This document shows, in pieces, positions 9,246-21,006 of a stretch of DNA of 64,000 bases (the stretch's first letter is position 1; the number at the start of each line of letters is the position of its first letter). This stretch comes from Pseudolabrys sp. (lineage in GTDB: Bacteria > Pseudomonadota > Alphaproteobacteria > Rhizobiales > Xanthobacteraceae), in assembly GCA_035651015.1 (NCBI GenBank), contig DASRGN010000034.1, forward strand, positions 6,800 to 70,799, in the 5' to 3' direction. The notes under the pieces were generated by a model. That model saw only the letters and a program-made list of their open reading frames with translations, had not been told where the DNA came from and searched no databases. The translations under genes and the position numbers were made by a program.

Positions 9246-9992
9246 TTACGCGCTCATCTTCTGCATCAGCGTGTCGCTGACTTCGAAATTAGCGTAGACG
9301 TTCTGCACGTCGTCGTGCTCTTCCAGCGCCTCGATCATCTCGATCAGCTGCTCGCCCTTGGCGTCGTCGACCGCGACCGTGTTCTGCGGCTTCCAGATGA
9401 ACGCCGACTTGCGCGGCTCGCCGAACTTCGCCTCCAGCGCCTTCGACACGTCGCGCAGCGTGTCGGTCGTCGTCATCACCTGATGACCGTCAGGCGTCGA
9501 AGTCACGTCTTCGGCGCCAGCGTCGATCGCGGCTTCGAGCATGGCGTCGGCACTCGCCACCTTGGCGTCGTATTCGACGACGCCAACGTGGTCGAACATG
9601 AAGGAGACCGCGCCGGTCTCCGCAAGATTGCCGCCCTTCTTGGTGAAGGTCGCGCGCACTTCGCCGGCGGTGCGGTTGCGATTGTCGGTGAGCGCCTCGA
9701 CGATCACCGCGACGCCGCCCGGGCCGTAGCCCTCGTAACGGATCTCCTCGTAATTTTCCGAGTCGCTGCCGCTCGCCTTCTTGATGGCGCGCTCGATATT
9801 GTCCTTGGGCATGTTTTCCGCGCGCGCGGCGATGATGGCGGCGCGCAGGCGCGGGTTCATCGCCGGGTCTGGCAAGCCAAGTTTCGCCGCGACGGTGATT
9901 TCGCGCGCCAGCTTGCCGAAGAGCTTCGACCGCACGGCATCCTGTTTGCCCTTGCGGTGCATGATGTTCTTGAATTGCGAATGTCCGGCCAT
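9246..9992 (-). CDS. yebC: YebC/PmpR family protein
   Basis: [39 protein letters not shown]. Confidence 0.97.
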   Translation of the reverse strand: MAGHSQFKNIMHRKGKQDAVRSKLFGKLAREITVAAKLGLPDPAMNPRLRAAIIAARAENMPKDNIERAIKKASGSDSENYEEIRYEGYGPGGVAVIVEALTDNRNRTAGEVRATFTKKGGNLAETGAVSFMFDHVGVVEYDAKVASADAMLEAAIDAGAEDVTSTPDGHQVMTTTDTLRDVSKALEAKFGEPRKSAFIWKPQNTVAVDDAKGEQLIEMIEALEEHDDVQNVYANFEVSDTLMQKMSA

Positions 9993-10095
9993 GGCCCCTA
10001 ACCAGCAAGGTTCCGGCACCCGCTGTTGCAGCGGCGTGCCTGATAATGATCCCGTGATGGCGCCTATATAGAAGGCTGCGCGGGGGAAATAAAGT

Positions 10096-10926
10096 TCAGA
10101 GCTGGCGGGTCCAGAAGGCCGGCACTGTCTGCTCCAGCACCCCACCCAGACGCACCGGGGCGACGCGCGTCGCCAGTCCGGTACCGTCGTCGGTCTCGAC
10201 CGCCAGGGCGCACAGGGTGGCCGGGCCATTGGCGGGCTCGAAGCGCGCGGTCGGGATGCGGCGCAGGAAGCGCTCGAGCGGCTGATCCTTGCCCATGCCA
10301 ATGACCGAATCGAAATCGCCGGTCATGCCGACATCGGAGATGAAGGCAGTGCCACCGGGCAGGATGCGGTGGTCGGCAGTCGGCGAATGCGTATGTGTGC
10401 CGACGACAAGGCTGGCGCGGCCGTCGAGGAAGAAGCCCATGGTCTGCTTCTCGCTCGTCGCCTCGCAGTGGAAGTCGATGATCGCCGCGTCCGCGCCCGA
10501 CTTGAGCGGACAAGCGGAGAGCTCGCGCTCGATGGCGGAGAAGGGATCGTCGAGCGGATCCATGAAGATGCGGCCCATGGCGTTGATGATGAGGGCGCGG
10601 GCGCCGTTTTTGGCGTCGACGAGCGCAGCGCCGCGGCCGGGCGTGCCCGGCGGATAGTTGAGCGGACGGATGAGCTTCGGCGCGCGCTCGATGAAGACCA
10701 GCGCCTCCTTCTGGTCCCAGGCGTGATTGCCCAGCGTCACCGCGTCGGCGCCGGCCTCGATCAGGTCATTGTAGATGACCTCGGTGATCCCGAAGCCGCC
10801 GGCGGCGTTCTCGCCGTTGACGACGACGAGGTCGAGCTTCCAGTCGGCGATCAGGCCGGGAAGCCGCTCGAGCACAATGGCGCGCCCGCTGCGCCCGACC
10901 ACATCGCCGACGAAAAGAATGCGCAT
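10096..10926 (-). CDS. YmdB/TIGR00282 metallophosphoesterase
   Basis: [46 protein letters not shown]. Confidence 0.95.
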   Translation of the reverse strand: MRILFVGDVVGRSGRAIVLERLPGLIADWKLDLVVVNGENAAGGFGITEVIYNDLIEAGADAVTLGNHAWDQKEALVFIERAPKLIRPLNYPPGTPGRGAALVDAKNGARALIINAMGRIFMDPLDDPFSAIERELSACPLKSGADAAIIDFHCEATSEKQTMGFFLDGRASLVVGTHTHSPTADHRILPGGTAFISDVGMTGDFDSVIGMGKDQPLERFLRRIPTARFEPANGPATLCALAVETDDGTGLATRVAPVRLGGVLEQTVPAFWTRQL

Positions 10927-10929
10927 CTC

Positions 10930-11520
10930 TCAAAACTTCCGGCAATCGATGATCTCGCGCTCGGTTAGCACGAAGTCGAGCCGCGCGTCGTGCGCCATCG
11001 CGGGGACCGCGTCGATTTGCTGCGCAGCAAAGGCGATGCCCAGCGCGACGATGGGCTTGAGCGAGCGCAAGCGGGAAATGGTCATGTCGAAATAGCCGGC
11101 GCCGTAGCCGATGCGGTGGCCGGTACGATCGAAGGCGGCGAGCGGCACGATCAGCATGTCAGGATCGACATCGCCCGCCTCGGGCTTCGGCTCACGGATG
11201 CCCCATTGCCCACGCGCCAATTCATCGCCGAGCGCATAGGCGCGCATGATCAGCGGTTTGCCGCGCCCGGCGATCGCCGGAAGCGCGAGCTTGGCTCCAT
11301 CGCCTGCCAGCCGGCGCAGCAGCGGCAGCGGGTTGATCTCGGTCTTCATCGGCATGAAGCCGGAAACGATGGCGCCCGGCGCGACCGCGATCGGCAGCCC
11401 GCGCGCGGCGATGGTCTCTGCCGCTACGGCGCGCATCTCGGCCGGCAGCGCGTCGCGCTTGGCGAGCGCCTCGGCGCGCAGCGTAGCCTTGGCATCGGGA
11501 TTGGGTGACTGGATCGACAT
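10930..11520 (-). CDS. ygfA: 5-formyltetrahydrofolate cyclo-ligase
   Basis: IVPLAAFDRTGHRIGYGAGYFD; directly downstream of 6S RNA. Confidence 0.95.
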   Translation of the reverse strand: MSIQSPNPDAKATLRAEALAKRDALPAEMRAVAAETIAARGLPIAVAPGAIVSGFMPMKTEINPLPLLRRLAGDGAKLALPAIAGRGKPLIMRAYALGDELARGQWGIREPKPEAGDVDPDMLIVPLAAFDRTGHRIGYGAGYFDMTISRLRSLKPIVALGIAFAAQQIDAVPAMAHDARLDFVLTEREIIDCRKF

Positions 11521-11527
11521 TGGCAAA

Positions 11528-11686
11528 CGAAGTGCGGAGCCACAGTGGCCGTCGGAGATATCGATCCCGGGTTCCCTACGAAAGTAGGTGGGCGCCATAT
11601 GTCCGGACCCACGAGCCCGGTCAGGGACAGCTCCCTTAAGGATCGATAAGGCCCCGGGGATATGATCTCCTAACGCGCCCCGCAGC
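11528..11686 (-). ncRNA. ssrS: 6S RNA
   Basis: Canonical zapA-6S-ygfA position; long imperfect self-complementarity (ggagatcatatccccggg / cccgggatcgatatctcc). Ends approximate. Confidence 0.9.
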
Positions 11687-11746
11687 CCCGCGTCACGCAA
11701 TGTAAGCGCGATAGCCGGCGGATGCCACCAGCATAAAGTGGGCTGG

Positions 11747-12130
11747 TTACCCCATGCCGACGCCGTCGCCGATCGTGTCCTTGAGCTTGCGGGTGATGCC
11801 CTCGATGCGCTCGGCCGCGGAATTGAACGCCGCGGCGACCGCGGTCTGGGCGGTGCGGGCGCGGTCGGCGGAAAGCACACGGGCATCGCGCAGGCCGGAG
11901 ATCTCTTCCTCGAGCTTGCGCAGGTCGCGCTTGGCTTCGCTGAGCTCGTCGGCGAGCGTGATCGCCGCCATGACGGTGAGCCGCGCGTCGCCGATCTCGC
12001 CGAACTTCTTGCGCAGCATGTCGATGCGCTGATCGAGATCGTTGGCGAGCGTCTGCAGGTGCTCTTCCTGGCCGTCCTCGCAGGCCATGCGGAACTGGCG
12101 CCCATTGATGGTGACGTTGACCTGCCCCAT
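11747..12130 (-). CDS. zapA: Cell division protein ZapA
   Basis: VNVTINGRQFRMACEDGQEEHL...RLTVMAAITLADEL. Confidence 0.93.
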   Translation of the reverse strand: MGQVNVTINGRQFRMACEDGQEEHLQTLANDLDQRIDMLRKKFGEIGDARLTVMAAITLADELSEAKRDLRKLEEEISGLRDARVLSADRARTAQTAVAAAFNSAAERIEGITRKLKDTIGDGVGMG

Positions 12131-12132
12131 CG

Positions 12133-12420
12133 TCAGTTCTCGTGCTCGTTGGCCTCGATGACCGTGCGGATCGTCGCCATCGCGGTATCGAGGCGCTTGG
12201 CGACCTCGCGATTGAGCGTCTCCAGCCCACGCGCGCGCGCTGTTTCGGCGTCGAGCTCGGCCGCGAGACGCGCGCGATCGTTGCCCAAAGCCTGCACCTG
12301 ATTGGCGAGCCCGTCCTCGCGGCCATCGGCTTCGCGGCGGTGCTCGACAGCGGCGTCCAACGCGTCGAGCGCGAGCGCCAGGCGCTTGACCGCCGCATCG
12401 ATCGCCGTCTGGTCCGTCAT
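12133..12420 (-). CDS. DUF4164 family coiled-coil protein
   Basis: Heptad-rich 95 aa (DRARLAAELD), immediately upstream of zapA. Confidence 0.8.
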   Translation of the reverse strand: MTDQTAIDAAVKRLALALDALDAAVEHRREADGREDGLANQVQALGNDRARLAAELDAETARARGLETLNREVAKRLDTAMATIRTVIEANEHEN

Positions 12421-12679
12421 GACGCGTGCACTCGGAAAATGTCTTTGGACAGCAAGGCCTTAGAAAGGGAAGCTTACGTGTCGCAAGACCTGGGCGTCAA
12501 CGCCCGGAAAGCGATATGCCCCGCTGTTTTCTCGGGCCTGTGCATGGGCTAACCGAGATCGGCCCGTTGCATTGACTCCGGGGGCTAAGATGCTATCCCG
12601 ACGCCACAACCCGGGCGCCTTCATGACCTCACCTGCATCGTCGAACGCCGTGGCGCACAGCAAACGCCATGAGGATCCG

Positions 12680-14674
12680 ATGTCACTGCCCGCTCTGCAC
12701 AATCGAATGGCCAACGCGATCCGGGCGCTCGCCATGGACGCGGTCGAGCAGGCGAAATCCGGCCATCCCGGCCTGCCCATGGGCGCGGCCGACATCGCCA
12801 CCGTGCTGTTCTCGCAGTTCCTGAAATTCGATCCGGCGGACCCGCAGTGGCCCGACCGCGACCGCTTCGTGCTCTCCGCCGGCCACGGCTCGATGCTGAT
12901 CTACGCTCTGCTCTACCTGCTCGGCTACGAGGGCATGAGCATCGAGGAGATCAAGCGCTTCCGCCAGCTCGGCTCGAAGACGCCGGGACATCCGGAAAAT
13001 TTCATCACCGCCGGCGTCGAGACCACCACCGGTCCGCTCGGCCAGGGGCTCGGCAATGCGGTGGGCATGGCGATTGCCGAGCGGCACCTCGCCGCTGAGT
13101 TCGGCGCCGACCTCGTCGACCACCGCACTTACGTGCTCGCCTCCGACGGCGACCTGATGGAAGGCATCAGCCAGGAAGCCATCGCGCTCGCGGGGCATCT
13201 CAAGCTCAACAAGCTGATCGTGCTGTTCGACGACAATGGCATCTCGATCGACGGCGCGCTGTCGCTCTCCGACAGCGTCGACCAGGTGAAGCGCTTCGAG
13301 GCCGCAGGCTGGACGGCGTCGCGCGTCGACGGCCACGATCCGCAGGCAATCGCCGCCGCGCTCGCCAAGGCGCAGAGCGCGGAGCGGCCGACGCTGATCG
13401 CCTGCCGCACCACGATCGGCTATGGCGCGCCGAAGAAAGCCGGCACCGAGAAATCCCACGGTTCGCCGCTCGGCGCCGAGGAAATCGCCGGTGCGCGGAC
13501 GGCGCTCAATTGGACCTATCCGCCGTTCGAAGTGCCGAGCGACGTGCGCGAGGCCTGGCTCTCGGCCGCGCAGCGCTCGAAGGCGGCGCAACGTGACTGG
13601 GTGAAGCGGCTCGAGGCGCTCGAGCCCGGCAAGCGTAGCGAGTTCAAGCGCCGCATGCGCGGCGATGTGCCGAAAGAAGCGCTGACCGCCGCGGTGCGCG
13701 CGCTCAAGGAAAAGCTCGCCGCCGCACCGAAGGAGATCGCGACGCGCTCGGCCTCCGAGCTCGCACTGGAAAGCCTGATCCCGGCGGTGCCGGAGATGGT
13801 CGGCGGCTCCGCCGACCTCACCGGCTCGAACAACACGCGCACCAAATCGATGAAGGCGATGTCGGCCGCGGATTATTCCGGCCGCTTCATCCATTACGGC
13901 ATCCGCGAGCACGGCATGGCCGCGGCCATGAACGGCATGGCGCTGCATGGCGGCATCATTCCGTATTCCGGCACATTCCTGGTGTTCGCCGATTACTGCC
14001 GGCCCTCGATCCGCCTGGCGGCGCTGATGGGCGAGCGCGTGATCCATGTGATGACGCACGACTCGATCGGGCTCGGCGAAGACGGCCCGACGCATCAACC
14101 GGTCGAGCATCTCGCGGCGTTGCGCGCCATTCCAGACCTCCTGGTATTCCGCCCGTGCGACGCGGTGGAGACGCTGGAGTGCTGGCAACTCGCGCTCGAA
14201 GCCCGCAACCGCCCGAGCGTGCTGGCTTTGACGCGGCAGAACCTGCCGCAGCTGCGCCAAGGTGTCGATGCGCAGAACCGCTGCGCCAACGGCGCCTATG
14301 AGATCGCGGCAGCCGACGGCGAAGCGCAAGTCTCGATCTTCGCCACCGGCTCGGAAGTCCCGCTCGCCGTCGAGGCGAAGAAGCTCCTCGCCGGCAAAGG
14401 CATTGCCGCACGCGTGGTCTCGGTGCCCTGCTTCGAGCTCCTCGCCTCAGCGCCGGCGGACGTGCGCCGCGCGGTGATCGGCCATGCGAAAGTAAACATT
14501 GGCGTTGAGGCCGCCGTGCGGCAAGGGTGGGACGCCATCATCGGTTCGGACGGTATTTTCGTCGGCATGACCGGTTTCGGGGCGAGCGCCCCATACAAGG
14601 ACCTTTTCCGCCATTTCGGCATTACACCGGAAGCAGTGGCCGAGGCGGCAGCAACGAAGCTTTCGCAGATTTAG
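12680..14674 (+). CDS. tkt: Transketolase
   Basis: [26 protein letters not shown]-like ThDP motif, GEDGPTHQP. Confidence 0.99.
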   Translation: MSLPALHNRMANAIRALAMDAVEQAKSGHPGLPMGAADIATVLFSQFLKFDPADPQWPDRDRFVLSAGHGSMLIYALLYLLGYEGMSIEEIKRFRQLGSKTPGHPENFITAGVETTTGPLGQGLGNAVGMAIAERHLAAEFGADLVDHRTYVLASDGDLMEGISQEAIALAGHLKLNKLIVLFDDNGISIDGALSLSDSVDQVKRFEAAGWTASRVDGHDPQAIAAALAKAQSAERPTLIACRTTIGYGAPKKAGTEKSHGSPLGAEEIAGARTALNWTYPPFEVPSDVREAWLSAAQRSKAAQRDWVKRLEALEPGKRSEFKRRMRGDVPKEALTAAVRALKEKLAAAPKEIATRSASELALESLIPAVPEMVGGSADLTGSNNTRTKSMKAMSAADYSGRFIHYGIREHGMAAAMNGMALHGGIIPYSGTFLVFADYCRPSIRLAALMGERVIHVMTHDSIGLGEDGPTHQPVEHLAALRAIPDLLVFRPCDAVETLECWQLALEARNRPSVLALTRQNLPQLRQGVDAQNRCANGAYEIAAADGEAQVSIFATGSEVPLAVEAKKLLAGKGIAARVVSVPCFELLASAPADVRRAVIGHAKVNIGVEAAVRQGWDAIIGSDGIFVGMTGFGASAPYKDLFRHFGITPEAVAEAAATKLSQI

Positions 14675-14690
14675 CCGAAAGGATTGTGAG

Positions 14691-15698
<1,008 letters not shown>

Positions 15699-15707
15699 CC
15701 GTCAATC

Positions 15708-15808
15708 CGTCATCCTGAGGTGCGCGCGAAGCGCGCCTCGAAGGATGAACGGCCCCGGCTGTCACCCTTCGAGGCTCGCGGCTTCGCCGCTCGCACCTCA
15801 GGGTGACG
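15708..15808. repeat. Palindromic intergenic element, family A copy 2
   Basis: cgtcatcctgaggtgcgcgcgaagcgcgcctcgaaggatg...cttcgaggctcgcggcttcgccgctcgcacctcagggtgacg, between gap and pgk. Confidence 0.8.
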
Positions 15809-15822
15809 ATCGAGGTAAGAGC

Positions 15823-17016
15823 ATGTCTTCATTTCGCACGCTTGATGACGTTGACGTTCGTGGAAAGCGCGTCCTCGTGCGCGTCGACCTCAACGTCCCA
15901 ATGGATGACGGCAAGGTCAGCGATGCGACGCGCATCGAGCGCGCGGCGACGACAATCAATGAGATCGCCGGCAAGGGCGGCAAAGTCATCTTGCTCTCAC
16001 ATTTCGGCCGGCCGAAGGGTCGCGATCCGAAACAATCGCTGAAGCCGGTCGCTGAAGCGGTCGCCGCGATCATCAAACGGCCGGTCGCCTTCGCAGACGA
16101 CTGCATCGGCGAGATCGCGGCGAAGGCCGTCGCGGCGATGAAGCCCGGCGACGTGCTCTGCCTCGAGAACACGCGCTTCCATAAGGAAGAAGAAAAGAAC
16201 GATCCGGCTTTCGTTGCCGAGCTCGCCAAGCTCGGCGACATCTACATCAACGACGCGTTCTCTGCCGCGCATCGCGCGCACGCATCGACCGAAGGGCTCG
16301 GCCACAAGCTCCCGGCCTATGCGGGGCGTAGCATGCAGGCGGAGCTCGAGGCGCTGAGCAAGGCGCTGGAAGCGCCGCAGCGACCGCTCGCCGCCATCGT
16401 CGGCGGCGCCAAGATATCCACCAAGCTCGATCTCCTCGGCAATCTGCTCGAGAAGGTCGATGTGCTGATCATTGGCGGCGCCATGGCGAACACGTTCTTG
16501 CTCGCGCAGGGCAAGACGGTGGGCAAATCGCTGGCCGAAAAAGATTTGCTCGATACCGCGCGCGAGATCATGAGCAAGGCGAAAGCCAAGCAGCGCGAGA
16601 TTGTGCTGCCGGTCGATGCCGTCGTCGCCGAGAGGTTCGAGGCGCATGCGCCCTCGCACGCGGTCGGCGTCGACAAGGTCGGCAACGGCGAGATGATCCT
16701 CGATATCGGACCGCGCAGCGTTGAGAACGTGGTGTCGGTGCTGGCGCGCACAAAGACGCTCGTTTGGAACGGCCCGTTCGGCGCCTTCGAGATGGAGCCG
16801 TTCGATACCGGAACCATCGAGGTCGCGGAAGCTGCCGCGGAACTGACGCAGGCCGGCAAGCTTGTTTCCGTAGCGGGGGGCGGCGACACAGTGGCTGCCT
16901 TGAATGCCGCAGGCGTGGTCGATCGGCTTAACTATGTTTCCACGGCAGGCGGTGCCTTCCTCGAGTGGATGGAGGGCAAGGCCTTGCCCGGTGTCGAGGT
17001 GTTACGGGTACAATAG
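15823..17016 (+). CDS. pgk: Phosphoglycerate kinase
   Basis: [44 protein letters not shown]. Confidence 0.99.
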   Translation: MSSFRTLDDVDVRGKRVLVRVDLNVPMDDGKVSDATRIERAATTINEIAGKGGKVILLSHFGRPKGRDPKQSLKPVAEAVAAIIKRPVAFADDCIGEIAAKAVAAMKPGDVLCLENTRFHKEEEKNDPAFVAELAKLGDIYINDAFSAAHRAHASTEGLGHKLPAYAGRSMQAELEALSKALEAPQRPLAAIVGGAKISTKLDLLGNLLEKVDVLIIGGAMANTFLLAQGKTVGKSLAEKDLLDTAREIMSKAKAKQREIVLPVDAVVAERFEAHAPSHAVGVDKVGNGEMILDIGPRSVENVVSVLARTKTLVWNGPFGAFEMEPFDTGTIEVAEAAAELTQAGKLVSVAGGGDTVAALNAAGVVDRLNYVSTAGGAFLEWMEGKALPGVEVLRVQ

Positions 17017-17078
17017 TGTGGAGAGAGGTCCGCGCGCAATGCGCCTGCGGGCTTGATGCGAATGAAGGGGAGAGCGCG

Positions 17079-18104
17079 ATGAATCTTGCTGAACTCAACA
17101 AGGTCGCCGAGGCGATGGTGGCGCCCGGCAAGGGAATTCTCGCCGCCGACGAGTCGTCGGGCACGATCAAGAAGCGCTTCGATGCCATCGGCGTGGAATC
17201 CACCGAAGACACCCGCCGCGATTATCGGGAGCTGATGTTCCGCAGCAACGAAGCGATGTCGAAACACATCTCCGGCGTCATTCTGTATGACGAGACCATC
17301 TGGCAGAAGGCGAAGGACGGCACGCCGCTGGTCGAGGTGATCAAGAAGGCGGGCTCGATTCCCGGCATCAAGGTCGATGAAGGCACCAAGGCGCTGCCCG
17401 GCTGCCCCGGCGAAGTCATCACCGTCGGTCTCGACAAGCTCAGCGATCGGCTGCCGAAATATTACGACCAGGGTGCGCGCTTCGCGAAGTGGCGCGCGGT
17501 GATCGACATCGGCGCCGGCATCCCGAGCTGGACCTGCATTCACGCCAATGCGCACGCGCTGGCGCGCTATGCGGCGCTGTGCCAGGCGGCGCAGATCGTG
17601 CCGATCGTCGAGCCGGAAGTGCTGATGGACGGCGGTCACGACATCGACCGCTGCGCCGAGGTCACCGAATGGGTGCTCAAGGAGACGTTCCAGGAGCTGT
17701 TCTATAATCGCGTCGCGCTTGAAGGCATGGTGCTCAAGCCGAACATGGCGATCTCGGGCAAGAAGAGCGCGGAGCAGGCCTCCGTCGAGGAGGTCGCCGA
17801 GCGGACCGTGAAGGTGCTCAAGGCCTGCGTGCCGGGAGCCGTGCCGGGCATCGCCTTCCTCTCCGGCGGCCAGTCCGACGAAGAGGCGACCGCGCATCTC
17901 GACGCCATGAACAAGATCGGCAATCTGCCGTGGAAGCTCACCTTCTCCTACGGCCGCGCGTTGCAGCACGCGCCGCAGAAGGCATGGTCGGGCAAGACCG
18001 AGAACGTCGCCGCGGCGCAGCGCGCTTTCAATCACCGCGCGCGCATGAACGGGCTCGCCGCGCTCGGTCAGTGGAAGGCCGATCTGGAGAAGAAGGCGGC
18101 CTGA
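17079..18104 (+). CDS. fba: Class I fructose-bisphosphate aldolase
   Basis: KGILAADES, FAKWRAV, PIVEPEV, LKPNM, FSYGRALQ. Confidence 0.97.
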   Translation: MNLAELNKVAEAMVAPGKGILAADESSGTIKKRFDAIGVESTEDTRRDYRELMFRSNEAMSKHISGVILYDETIWQKAKDGTPLVEVIKKAGSIPGIKVDEGTKALPGCPGEVITVGLDKLSDRLPKYYDQGARFAKWRAVIDIGAGIPSWTCIHANAHALARYAALCQAAQIVPIVEPEVLMDGGHDIDRCAEVTEWVLKETFQELFYNRVALEGMVLKPNMAISGKKSAEQASVEEVAERTVKVLKACVPGAVPGIAFLSGGQSDEEATAHLDAMNKIGNLPWKLTFSYGRALQHAPQKAWSGKTENVAAAQRAFNHRARMNGLAALGQWKADLEKKAA

Positions 18105-18127
18105 CCCTCGAGACAAACAGTAAAGGC

Positions 18128-18157
18128 AAAAAGGCCGCGGTCACCCGCGGCCTTTTT
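18128..18157. terminator. Bidirectional intrinsic terminator
   Basis: aaaaaggccgcgg-tcac-ccgcggccttttt between convergent genes. Confidence 0.85.
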
Positions 18158-18179
18158 CATATGGCGATAGCCGGCTCGA

Positions 18180-18449
18180 TCAGCACTCTGTCTTCTTCAC
18201 GGTCTTGGACCCTTCGGGCCCTTCCTTGTGCACCGTCTTGCTGTCGCAGCCGGAGCCGGTGGTCTCGACTTTCGTCTTCTTCTCCACCACCGGAGCGTCG
18301 CGCTTCTCGATGGTCACCGAGGGTGCCGGCCTGTCTTTCTCGATCACGACACCGGGATCGCGCCGCTCCTCGATCACCGTTTGCGCGCCAGCACCCAGCG
18401 TGGTGAATGCGCTCACCGCCAGAGCGATGGCAAGGACATTGAGTTTCAT
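18180..18449 (-). CDS. Small secreted hypothetical protein (89 aa)
   Basis: Signal peptide ending AGA-Q; V(I/V)E(K/R) repeats; two Cys; GGAGG RBS. Confidence 0.75.
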   Translation of the reverse strand: MKLNVLAIALAVSAFTTLGAGAQTVIEERRDPGVVIEKDRPAPSVTIEKRDAPVVEKKTKVETTGSGCDSKTVHKEGPEGSKTVKKTEC

Positions 18450-18479
18450 CGTCGCCTCCTGCTAAGGGAACCTTGTGAG

Positions 18480-18505
18480 AACGTCGAACCCGTCGTCGAC
18501 GTTCC
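18480..18505 (-). promoter_or_regulatory. EcfG-type promoter GGAAC-N17-CGTT
   Basis: Minus strand GGAACgtcgacgacgggttcgaCGTT, about 30 nt upstream of ATG 18449. Confidence 0.7.
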
Positions 18506-18535
18506 CCCTCCTTTTCCAGCCAAGGAACCCAGACC

Positions 18536-19168
18536 GTGATCGATCTCTACACCTGGACCACGCCGAACGGCCGCAAGGCTTCCATCATGCTCGAGGAGAT
18601 CGGGCTGCCGTACACAGTGCATGCGGTCGACATCAGCAAGGACGAACAGTTCAAGCCGGACTTTCTCAAGATCGCGCCGAACAACCGCATCCCGGCGATC
18701 GTCGATCGCGACAACGGCATGTCGCTGATGGAGTCCGGCGCGATCCTCATCTATCTCGCCGACAAGACCGGCAAGCTGCTGCCGAAGTCCGGTGAAGGCC
18801 GCTATCGCACCATCGAGTGGCTGATGTGGCAGATGGGCGGCCCCGGCCCGATGCTCGGCCAGGTGCACCACTTCGTGAAATATAATCCGGGCAAGGCGCC
18901 CTACGCCGAAGAGCGCTACCTCAAGGAAGCGCATCGGCTTTATGGCGTGCTCAACAAGCGACTCGACGGCCGCGAGTTCGTGGCCGATGACTATTCCATC
19001 GCCGACATCGCGATCTGGCCGTGGATCTCGCGCTTCGAGTGGCAGACCATCGACCTCAAGCAATATCCGAACGTGAAGCGCTGGTACGAGACCATCGCCG
19101 CGCGGCCGGCCGTGCAGAAGGGCTACAAGGTTCCGAAGGACATGGGCCCGATCCCGATGCCGGCCTAG
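18536..19168 (+). CDS. Glutathione S-transferase, YfcG-like (Nu class)
   Basis: TTPNGRK, PNNRIPAIVD, MESGAIL, SIADIAIWPW. Confidence 0.92.
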   Translation: MIDLYTWTTPNGRKASIMLEEIGLPYTVHAVDISKDEQFKPDFLKIAPNNRIPAIVDRDNGMSLMESGAILIYLADKTGKLLPKSGEGRYRTIEWLMWQMGGPGPMLGQVHHFVKYNPGKAPYAEERYLKEAHRLYGVLNKRLDGREFVADDYSIADIAIWPWISRFEWQTIDLKQYPNVKRWYETIAARPAVQKGYKVPKDMGPIPMPA

Positions 19169-19620
19169 AGGCGATCGCGACACGCTAATCCGCCTGCGAT
19201 GGCCGGGCTCCCGCTGACGAGCATCCGGCCATTCGCTTTCCAAGAGCGGAAACGATTCGCCCGCGTGCAGCGTCGCGTGGCCTCAGCGGTATGATGATGC
19301 GAAGTCGGTCATCGCGTGCGGCGATGAAGCGCGGTGATAATGACACGTGCGACAAAAAAATAAGGCATGCACGCATCGCGGAACTCCACGAAGGAACTCG
19401 CTAAGCTCGCGCACCGACAACGAAATCAGAAAAGCGCGAAGGGAACTGAGGCAACATCGCGGCGCGTTCCATCACAATTTCAATTTCGCGCCTTCGCGCG
19501 TTCACAAATTCGTCAGCATCGAACGGCACGTCCGCGCACTCATTCGCGGGGAAAACTTCTCCATCAAAAAACAACAACGGGCAGTGGCCGCGTTCGAAGA
19601 GCCACGCCTGCGACAGGGAT

Positions 19621-20742
19621 GTGCCACCGATGCGCCGGCTCTCGCTTCCGACGTGTGTGTTTCTTTTGGTGTGGACGACAATGACCGGCTCGGAAGAGCT
19701 CCTGAACTCCGCGGAGGCGGAGACGGTCACTGTGATCGACAAGACGACGCGCGTCGCTACGTCAGAGCAGACGCCGCCAACCGCGCCGGCAACGAGCGAA
19801 GATCCTGCGCCGAATGATGATACGCAGGACACGCCGACAAACTCGCAGATCGACATCGACATTCCGTTGCCGCCGCCGGTGACAACGCTGGCTCCGGAAT
19901 TGCGCGACCCGACCGACAGCTTCATCGCCGAAAAGGCCGCCGACCGCGCTGCGAAGCCGGCGGTTGCCGATCGCATCGCGAAGCCGGCAAACGTTCCGCT
20001 GCCGGTGCGACGTGAACCGTCGCGCGCGGAAGTCTGCGCGCAGCTTGCATCCGCGGCGCAGAACAACGACATCCCGGTGCCGTTCCTCATCCGCCTCATC
20101 TGGCAGGAAAGCGGCTTCGATCCCAAGGCGGTGAGCCGCGTCGGCGCGCAGGGCATGGCGCAATTCATGCCGGAGACAGCGCGCACCGTCGGCTTGCAGA
20201 ATCCGTTCGACCCATTGCAGGCGGTCGCTGCCGCGGCGCGGCTGCTGCGCGGTCTCGTGCAGCAATTCGGCAATCTCGGTCTCGCGGCCGCCGCTTACAA
20301 CGCGGGACCAAAACGCATCTCCGATTGGGTCAGCCATCGCGGCAAGCTGCCGGCGGAAACCCGCTCCTATGTGACCAACATCACCGGCCAGGCGCCGGAG
20401 CGTTGGAAGGGAGCGAGCGCGCAGGCTGCGATGACCGTGCCGCGTCACGCGCCGTGCCAGCGTGAAGCGCTGATCGCCGCCATGAACGCACCGCATCCCG
20501 TTGACCCCGCGCCGCAGGTCGTCGCGGCGGAGCCAGTGGCCAAGCCGGCGCAGAAGGTCATTGCGCTGGTGCCGCGCAAGTCGAAAGGCCGCATGAGCAT
20601 GGTGATCAAGATCGCCGCGCTTCCGCGCCGCGGCTCGGCACCGGCCCCGATCCAACTCAGCGCCCATTCGCGGGTGGCGGCGAAGGGCCATCCGGCCGCC
20701 GCCAAGAGGGTGCACATCGCCATGAGCGGACACCGGCACTGA
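19621..20742 (+). CDS. SLT-domain lytic transglycosylase
   Basis: IWQESGF, GAQGMAQFMPETA, AAAYNAG, ETRSYV. Start uncertain. Confidence 0.88.
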   Translation: MPPMRRLSLPTCVFLLVWTTMTGSEELLNSAEAETVTVIDKTTRVATSEQTPPTAPATSEDPAPNDDTQDTPTNSQIDIDIPLPPPVTTLAPELRDPTDSFIAEKAADRAAKPAVADRIAKPANVPLPVRREPSRAEVCAQLASAAQNNDIPVPFLIRLIWQESGFDPKAVSRVGAQGMAQFMPETARTVGLQNPFDPLQAVAAAARLLRGLVQQFGNLGLAAAAYNAGPKRISDWVSHRGKLPAETRSYVTNITGQAPERWKGASAQAAMTVPRHAPCQREALIAAMNAPHPVDPAPQVVAAEPVAKPAQKVIALVPRKSKGRMSMVIKIAALPRRGSAPAPIQLSAHSRVAAKGHPAAAKRVHIAMSGHRH

Positions 20743-20744
20743 AA

Positions 20745-20773
20745 AGGCCTCGGCACTGAAAGGGCCGAGGTTT
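20745..20773 (+). terminator. Probable hairpin terminator
   Basis: cctcggc/gccgagg stem followed by ttt, just after the stop codon. Confidence 0.45.
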
Positions 20774-20797
20774 CAACAGGGGGAGAGGCTAAGCGTC

Positions 20798-20964
20798 GCA
20801 AGTGTCCCGATTGCGAAGTTCGCCAGATTGTGCAGCCAGTCAGGAGCGAACTTCGCAATCAAAGGGACACTTGCAAGCTTATGATACTAGTGCCCCTTTT
20901 GAACCCGAAGTTCGCAATCGGACTCGCGGCAGAAATTGTGCGAACTTCGGTTCGGGGCACTAGT
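20798..20964. repeat. Double-hairpin element, family D copy 1
   Basis: Two long hairpins with GAAGTTC/GAACTTC cores joined by the spacer caagcttatgata. Confidence 0.8.
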
Positions 20965-21006
20965 CCCCGCCCCCATTTTTCCACGATGCGCTAACATGGG
21001 ATTCCC

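Noticed and set aside
11528-11686. Structured non-coding stretch as a novel RNA
   Set aside because: Explained as 6S RNA by its canonical zapA-ygfA position.
20798-20964. CRISPR array or tRNA
   Set aside because: No regularly spaced direct repeats with unique spacers, no cas genes and no cloverleaf.
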